The notes below the pieces were generated by a model, which was given only the letters and a program-made list of their open reading frames with translations, was not told the origin of the DNA and did not search any database. Positions 60,306-64,000 of a stretch of DNA of 64,000 nucleotides are shown here, piece after piece (position 1 is the first letter of the stretch; each line of letters opens with the position of its first letter). The translations under genes were made by a program, and so were the position numbers. Origin of the DNA: an uncultured Oscillospiraceae bacterium (GTDB taxonomy: Bacteria; Bacillota; Clostridia; Oscillospirales; Oscillospiraceae); assembly GCA_950097245.1 (NCBI GenBank), contig CATNCS010000005.1, forward strand, positions 5,678 through 69,677, given 5' to 3'.

Positions 60306-61214
60306 TCAGAAAAAGCAGTCAATTCCCCGGTCCAGAAAAATCTGCCGGTACGCAGTCAAATCCTCCGGGTGCAGAGCCTTTACGCCCGTCAGCTCATAGC
60401 TCCGGTTCAGCAGCTCATATTTTTTCTCGCCCATCTGGTGGAAGGGAAGCAGCTGAGCCCGTGTAAAGCCGATCTCTTTCAGCAGCCCGGCGATTCCCAC
60501 CCCGTCCTCCGGCGCCCCATTGAAGCCGGGAATTACAGGGATGCGGGGCAGAATGTTCAGCCCCTGCCCGTACCCCCAGCGGAGATTCTGGATGATCTGC
60601 TCATTGCCAACGCCGGTTCCCTCTCTGTGCTTTGCGCAATCCCAGTGCTTCACATCAAATAACAGCAGATCAAACCGGGGGGCAAGGCGCTGGAAAATCT
60701 CCGGAGCAGCGCACCCCGTCGTCTCAATAGCGGTATGGACCCCCTTTTCCTTCAGGCGTTGAAGGAGCGCCTCCACAAAGTCCGGCTGCATCAGGGCTTC
60801 GCCGCCGGAAAGGGTCACGCCGCCGCCGGATTCCTCATAAAAATCCAAATCCTGCATACAGATCTCAAATACCTCATCTGCGGTCTTTTCTTCCCCCTCG
60901 CAGGTGAGGGCGCGCCCCGGACAGCCGTGCACACAGACCATGCAGCCGCTGCATCTGGTGAAATCGATGCGGAGCCTTCCGCTGTCATCGGCAGAGACCG
61001 CCTGCTCCGGACAAGAGGCCACGCATTTTTTACAGTGAACACATTCGGCGCTGTGATATAAAACCTGTGGCCTGGCCGCCTGGGACTCGGGATTTGAACA
61101 CCATTTACAGCGCAGCGGGCAGCCCTTCAAAAACACGTTGGTGCGTACGCCGGGGCCGTCGTGGATGGAAAATTTCTGAATGTTGAACACGATCCCTTTC
61201 AATTCCATAGACAT
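60306..61214 (-). CDS. Glycyl-radical enzyme activating enzyme with ferredoxin insert
   Basis: HDGPG.RT..FLKGCPLRCKWCSNPE, two extra CxxCxxC motifs, SGGE. Confidence 0.95.
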   Translation of the reverse strand: MSMELKGIVFNIQKFSIHDGPGVRTNVFLKGCPLRCKWCSNPESQAARPQVLYHSAECVHCKKCVASCPEQAVSADDSGRLRIDFTRCSGCMVCVHGCPGRALTCEGEEKTADEVFEICMQDLDFYEESGGGVTLSGGEALMQPDFVEALLQRLKEKGVHTAIETTGCAAPEIFQRLAPRFDLLLFDVKHWDCAKHREGTGVGNEQIIQNLRWGYGQGLNILPRIPVIPGFNGAPEDGVGIAGLLKEIGFTRAQLLPFHQMGEKKYELLNRSYELTGVKALHPEDLTAYRQIFLDRGIDCFF

Positions 61215-61337
61215 TGCACTCCTTATTCACAGGCGGGCCGGTCCCGCCCCGGGTTTATTCACATTGTATCACAGGTTTTATTAAATGTAAATAAAAAACT
61301 TACGTAAGAAATTTTTTGGATTTTGATAATAAATATA

Positions 61338-61366
61338 TTGACATTGAAGTGGGAGAGAGTTATCAT
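61338..61366 (+). promoter_or_regulatory. Sigma-A promoter of the GRE-fsa operon
   Basis: TTGACA-N17-TATCAT. Confidence 0.75.
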
Positions 61367-61431
61367 AAAGCTACAAACGGAATAACAATTACTTGCGTTC
61401 ACAATTCATCCCGTTGTGAAAGGAGTATATC

Positions 61432-63843
61432 ATGGAAAACAAAGCGCACTTTGGTTCCCTGACACCTCGCATGCAGGCCTACCGGGAGAGTGTCCTGGAG
61501 CAGAAGCCCTACATCGACGCCCAGCGGGCGGTGCTGGCCACCGAGGCTTACAGGGCCAACCTGAATCAGCCGCCTGTGGTGAAACGGGCTATGATGCTGA
61601 AAAATATCCTGGAGAAGATGGATATCTACATCGAGGACGAGACCGTTCTGGTGGGCAACCAGTCCTCCGTCAACCGGGGCGCGCCGGTGTTCCCGGAGTA
61701 CACCATGAAGTTCATCCTGGACGAGCTGGACCTGTTTGAGAAGCGGGACGGCGACGTGTTCTATATCACGGAGGAGACCAAGGAGCAGCTCCGGGCCATC
61801 GCCCCCTTCTGGGAGAACAACAACCTGCGCGCCCGGGGGGAGGCCCTGATGCCCGAGGAGATGCAGGTCTACATGGACACCGGCTTCTTCGGCATGGAGG
61901 GCAAGCTCAACGCCGGCGACGCCCATCTTGCGGTGGACTACGAGACCGTGCTGAAAACCGGCCTGAAGGGGTACGAGGAGCGGGCCCGGAGGCTGAAGGC
62001 GGAGCTGGACCTCACCGACCCCGCCGCCATTGACAAGTACCAGTTCTACAAGGCGGTGCTCATTGTGCTGGAGGCGGTGAGGGGTTTTGCGGCCCGGTAC
62101 GCCGCCCTGGCCCGGGAAAAGGCTCAGACCGCTGCCGAACCCCGGAAGTCCGAGCTGCTGGAGATCGCCCGCATCTGCGAGAAGGTCCCCTATGAGCCGG
62201 CGGAGACCTTCCACGAGGCGGTGCAGGCGGTGTGGTTTATCCAGCTGATTCTGCAAATCGAGTCCAACGGCCACTCCCTGAGCTACGGCCGCTTTGACCA
62301 GTACGTCTACCCCTATCTGGCCTCCGACCTGGAGAAGGGAACCGTCACCGAGGACCGGGCGGTGGAGCTGCTGACCAATCTGTGGATCAAGACTCTGACC
62401 ATCAACAAGGTGCGCTCCCAGGCCCACACCTTCTCCAGCGCGGGCAGCCCCATGTACCAGAACGTGACGGTGGGTGGCCAGACCGCCGATGGAAAGGACG
62501 CGGTGAACAGGCTGTCCTTCCTGGTGCTGAAGTCCGTGGGCCAGACCCGCCTGCCCCAGCCCAACCTGACGGTGCGCTACCACAAAAACCTGAACCAGGC
62601 CTTCCTGGATGAGGCCATTGAGGTGCTGAAGCTGGGCACCGGGATGCCCGCCTTCAACAACGACGAGGTCATCATTCCGTCCTTTATCGAGAAGGGCGTG
62701 AAGAAGGAGGACGCCTACTGCTACTCCGCCATCGGCTGTGTGGAGACGGCGGTCCCCGGCAAGTGGGGCTACCGCTGCACCGGTATGAGCTACCTGAACT
62801 TCCCCCGCATCCTGCTGATGGTGATGAATAACGGCATTGATGTGACCTCCGGCAGGCGGTTCGTCAAGGATTATGGCAATTTCCGGGACATGGAGACCTT
62901 CGACGACCTGATGAAGGCCTGGGACGGGGCCATCCGGGAGCTGACCCGGGCCAGCGTCATCGTAGAGAACGCCATCGACCTGGCCAGCGAGCGGGAGGTG
63001 CCTGACGTCCTCTGCTCCTGCCTGACCCAGGACTGTCTGGGCCGGGGCAGGACCATCAAGGAGGGGGGCGCGGTGTACGACTTCATCTCCGGCCTCCAGG
63101 TGGGCATCGCCAACATGGCCGACAGCCTGTCTGCCATCAAGAAGCTGGTCTATGAGGAGAAAAAATTGAGCCGCGGCCAGCTGATGGAGGCCCTGGCCAC
63201 CGATTTCGCCGGCCCGGAGGGGGAGGCGGTCCGACAGATGCTCATCCACGACGCCCCCAAGTACGGCAATGACGACGACTACGCCGACAAGCTGGTGGTG
63301 GACGCCTACGCCTCCTACCTGGACGAGATGAAGAAGTACCCCAACACCCGCTACGGCCGGGGCCCCGTCGGCGGCATCCGCTACGGCGGCACCTCCTCCA
63401 TCTCCGCCAACGTGGGCCAGGGCTTCGGCACCATGGCCACCCCGGACGGCCGCCACGCCAAGGAGCCTCTGGCCGAGGGCTGTTCCCCCGCCCACGCCAT
63501 GGACAGGAACGGACCCACCGCCGTGTTCAAGAGCGTGTCCAAGCTGCCCACCCACGAGATCACCGGCGGCGTCCTGCTGAACCAGAAGGTCACCCCCGCC
63601 ATGCTGTCCAACGAGGAGAATGTCAAAAAGCTGGAGACCATCATCCGCACCTTCTTCAACCGCCTGGAGGGCTACCACGTGCAGTACAACGTGGTGGACA
63701 GAGCCACCCTGCTGGACGCCCAGGCCCACCCGGAGAAGCACAAGGACCTGATCGTCCGCGTGGCAGGCTACAGCGCCTTCTTCAACGTGCTGAGCAAGGC
63801 CACTCAGGACGACATCATCGGCCGGACCGAACAGACGCTGTAA
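61432..63843 (+). CDS. YbiW-type glycyl radical enzyme (not true pyruvate formate-lyase)
   Basis: Single active-site Cys in AIGCVETAVPGKWGYRCTGMS; glycyl loop RVAGYSAFF; resembles E. coli YbiW from memory. Confidence 0.88.
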   Translation: MENKAHFGSLTPRMQAYRESVLEQKPYIDAQRAVLATEAYRANLNQPPVVKRAMMLKNILEKMDIYIEDETVLVGNQSSVNRGAPVFPEYTMKFILDELDLFEKRDGDVFYITEETKEQLRAIAPFWENNNLRARGEALMPEEMQVYMDTGFFGMEGKLNAGDAHLAVDYETVLKTGLKGYEERARRLKAELDLTDPAAIDKYQFYKAVLIVLEAVRGFAARYAALAREKAQTAAEPRKSELLEIARICEKVPYEPAETFHEAVQAVWFIQLILQIESNGHSLSYGRFDQYVYPYLASDLEKGTVTEDRAVELLTNLWIKTLTINKVRSQAHTFSSAGSPMYQNVTVGGQTADGKDAVNRLSFLVLKSVGQTRLPQPNLTVRYHKNLNQAFLDEAIEVLKLGTGMPAFNNDEVIIPSFIEKGVKKEDAYCYSAIGCVETAVPGKWGYRCTGMSYLNFPRILLMVMNNGIDVTSGRRFVKDYGNFRDMETFDDLMKAWDGAIRELTRASVIVENAIDLASEREVPDVLCSCLTQDCLGRGRTIKEGGAVYDFISGLQVGIANMADSLSAIKKLVYEEKKLSRGQLMEALATDFAGPEGEAVRQMLIHDAPKYGNDDDYADKLVVDAYASYLDEMKKYPNTRYGRGPVGGIRYGGTSSISANVGQGFGTMATPDGRHAKEPLAEGCSPAHAMDRNGPTAVFKSVSKLPTHEITGGVLLNQKVTPAMLSNEENVKKLETIIRTFFNRLEGYHVQYNVVDRATLLDAQAHPEKHKDLIVRVAGYSAFFNVLSKATQDDIIGRTEQTL

Positions 63844-63861
63844 CAAAAGGGAGGATTTGTG

Positions 63862-64000
63862 ATGAAGCTTTGTATTGACGACGCCAATGTGGAAAAAATC
63901 CGCCGCATCTATGACCTCTACCCCGTGGACGGCGTGTCCACCAACCCCTCCATTCTGGCCAGGACGGGCCGGAAGCCCTACGAGATTTTGAAGGAGATCC
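63862..64000 (+). CDS. Fructose-6-phosphate aldolase/transaldolase family, 3'-truncated by the window edge
   Basis: GGGAGG RBS; MKLCIDDANVEKIRRIYDLYPVDGVSTNPSILA (D..A and GV.TNPS motifs). Confidence 0.88.
   Translation, partial: MKLCIDDANVEKIRRIYDLYPVDGVSTNPSILARTGRKPYEILKEI

Noticed and set aside
61398-61420. Rex operator upstream of the GRE
   Set aside because: Half-sites are in the opposite order (TTCACAA...TTGTGAA) with 9-nt spacing, not TTGTGAA-N4-TTCACAA.
61432-63843. Pyruvate formate-lyase call for the GRE
   Set aside because: Lacks the adjacent Cys-Cys pair of true PFL; has a single GCVE cysteine and a YbiW-like motif.

Overview
A GC-rich chromosomal window from an anaerobic Clostridia-class firmicute; gene content and protein style suggest Oscillospiraceae (inference). 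It is mostly core genome: partial carB, comM/yifB, nifJ (PFOR), a purine operon (purE-C-F-M-N, stand-alone IMP cyclohydrolase, AICAR transformylase, purD), rpoBC, a diguanylate cyclase-PilZ-CZB chemoreceptor cluster, three ECF sigma/anti-sigma pairs, glutaminase, an AraC-regulated alpha-galactoside locus (GH36, ABC transporter, GH13), a HisD paralog, ddh/dapF/L,D-transpeptidase, ptsH, uvrC, rsmD-coaD, and a YbiW-type glycyl radical enzyme with its activase and fsa. I found no rRNA, tRNA, CRISPR array, integrase or transposase. The unusual signal is in small elements, several missed or mis-started by the ORF track. The best candidate for an undescribed system is a leader-peptide plus terminator attenuator in front of purE that does not resemble, by eye, the purine, PRPP/ppGpp or ZTP riboswitch consensus. 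The same operon holds three REP-like doublets, an orphan Imm1-like gene and a 43-aa membrane microprotein. Other candidates are an autoregulated RHH plus small-protein cassette, a potentially two-state structured rpoB leader, a duplicated anti-sigma sensor, a ParB-like/phosphoesterase pair and an apparent ATC start codon for dapF. All family assignments come from motif recognition by eye; no database search was run.
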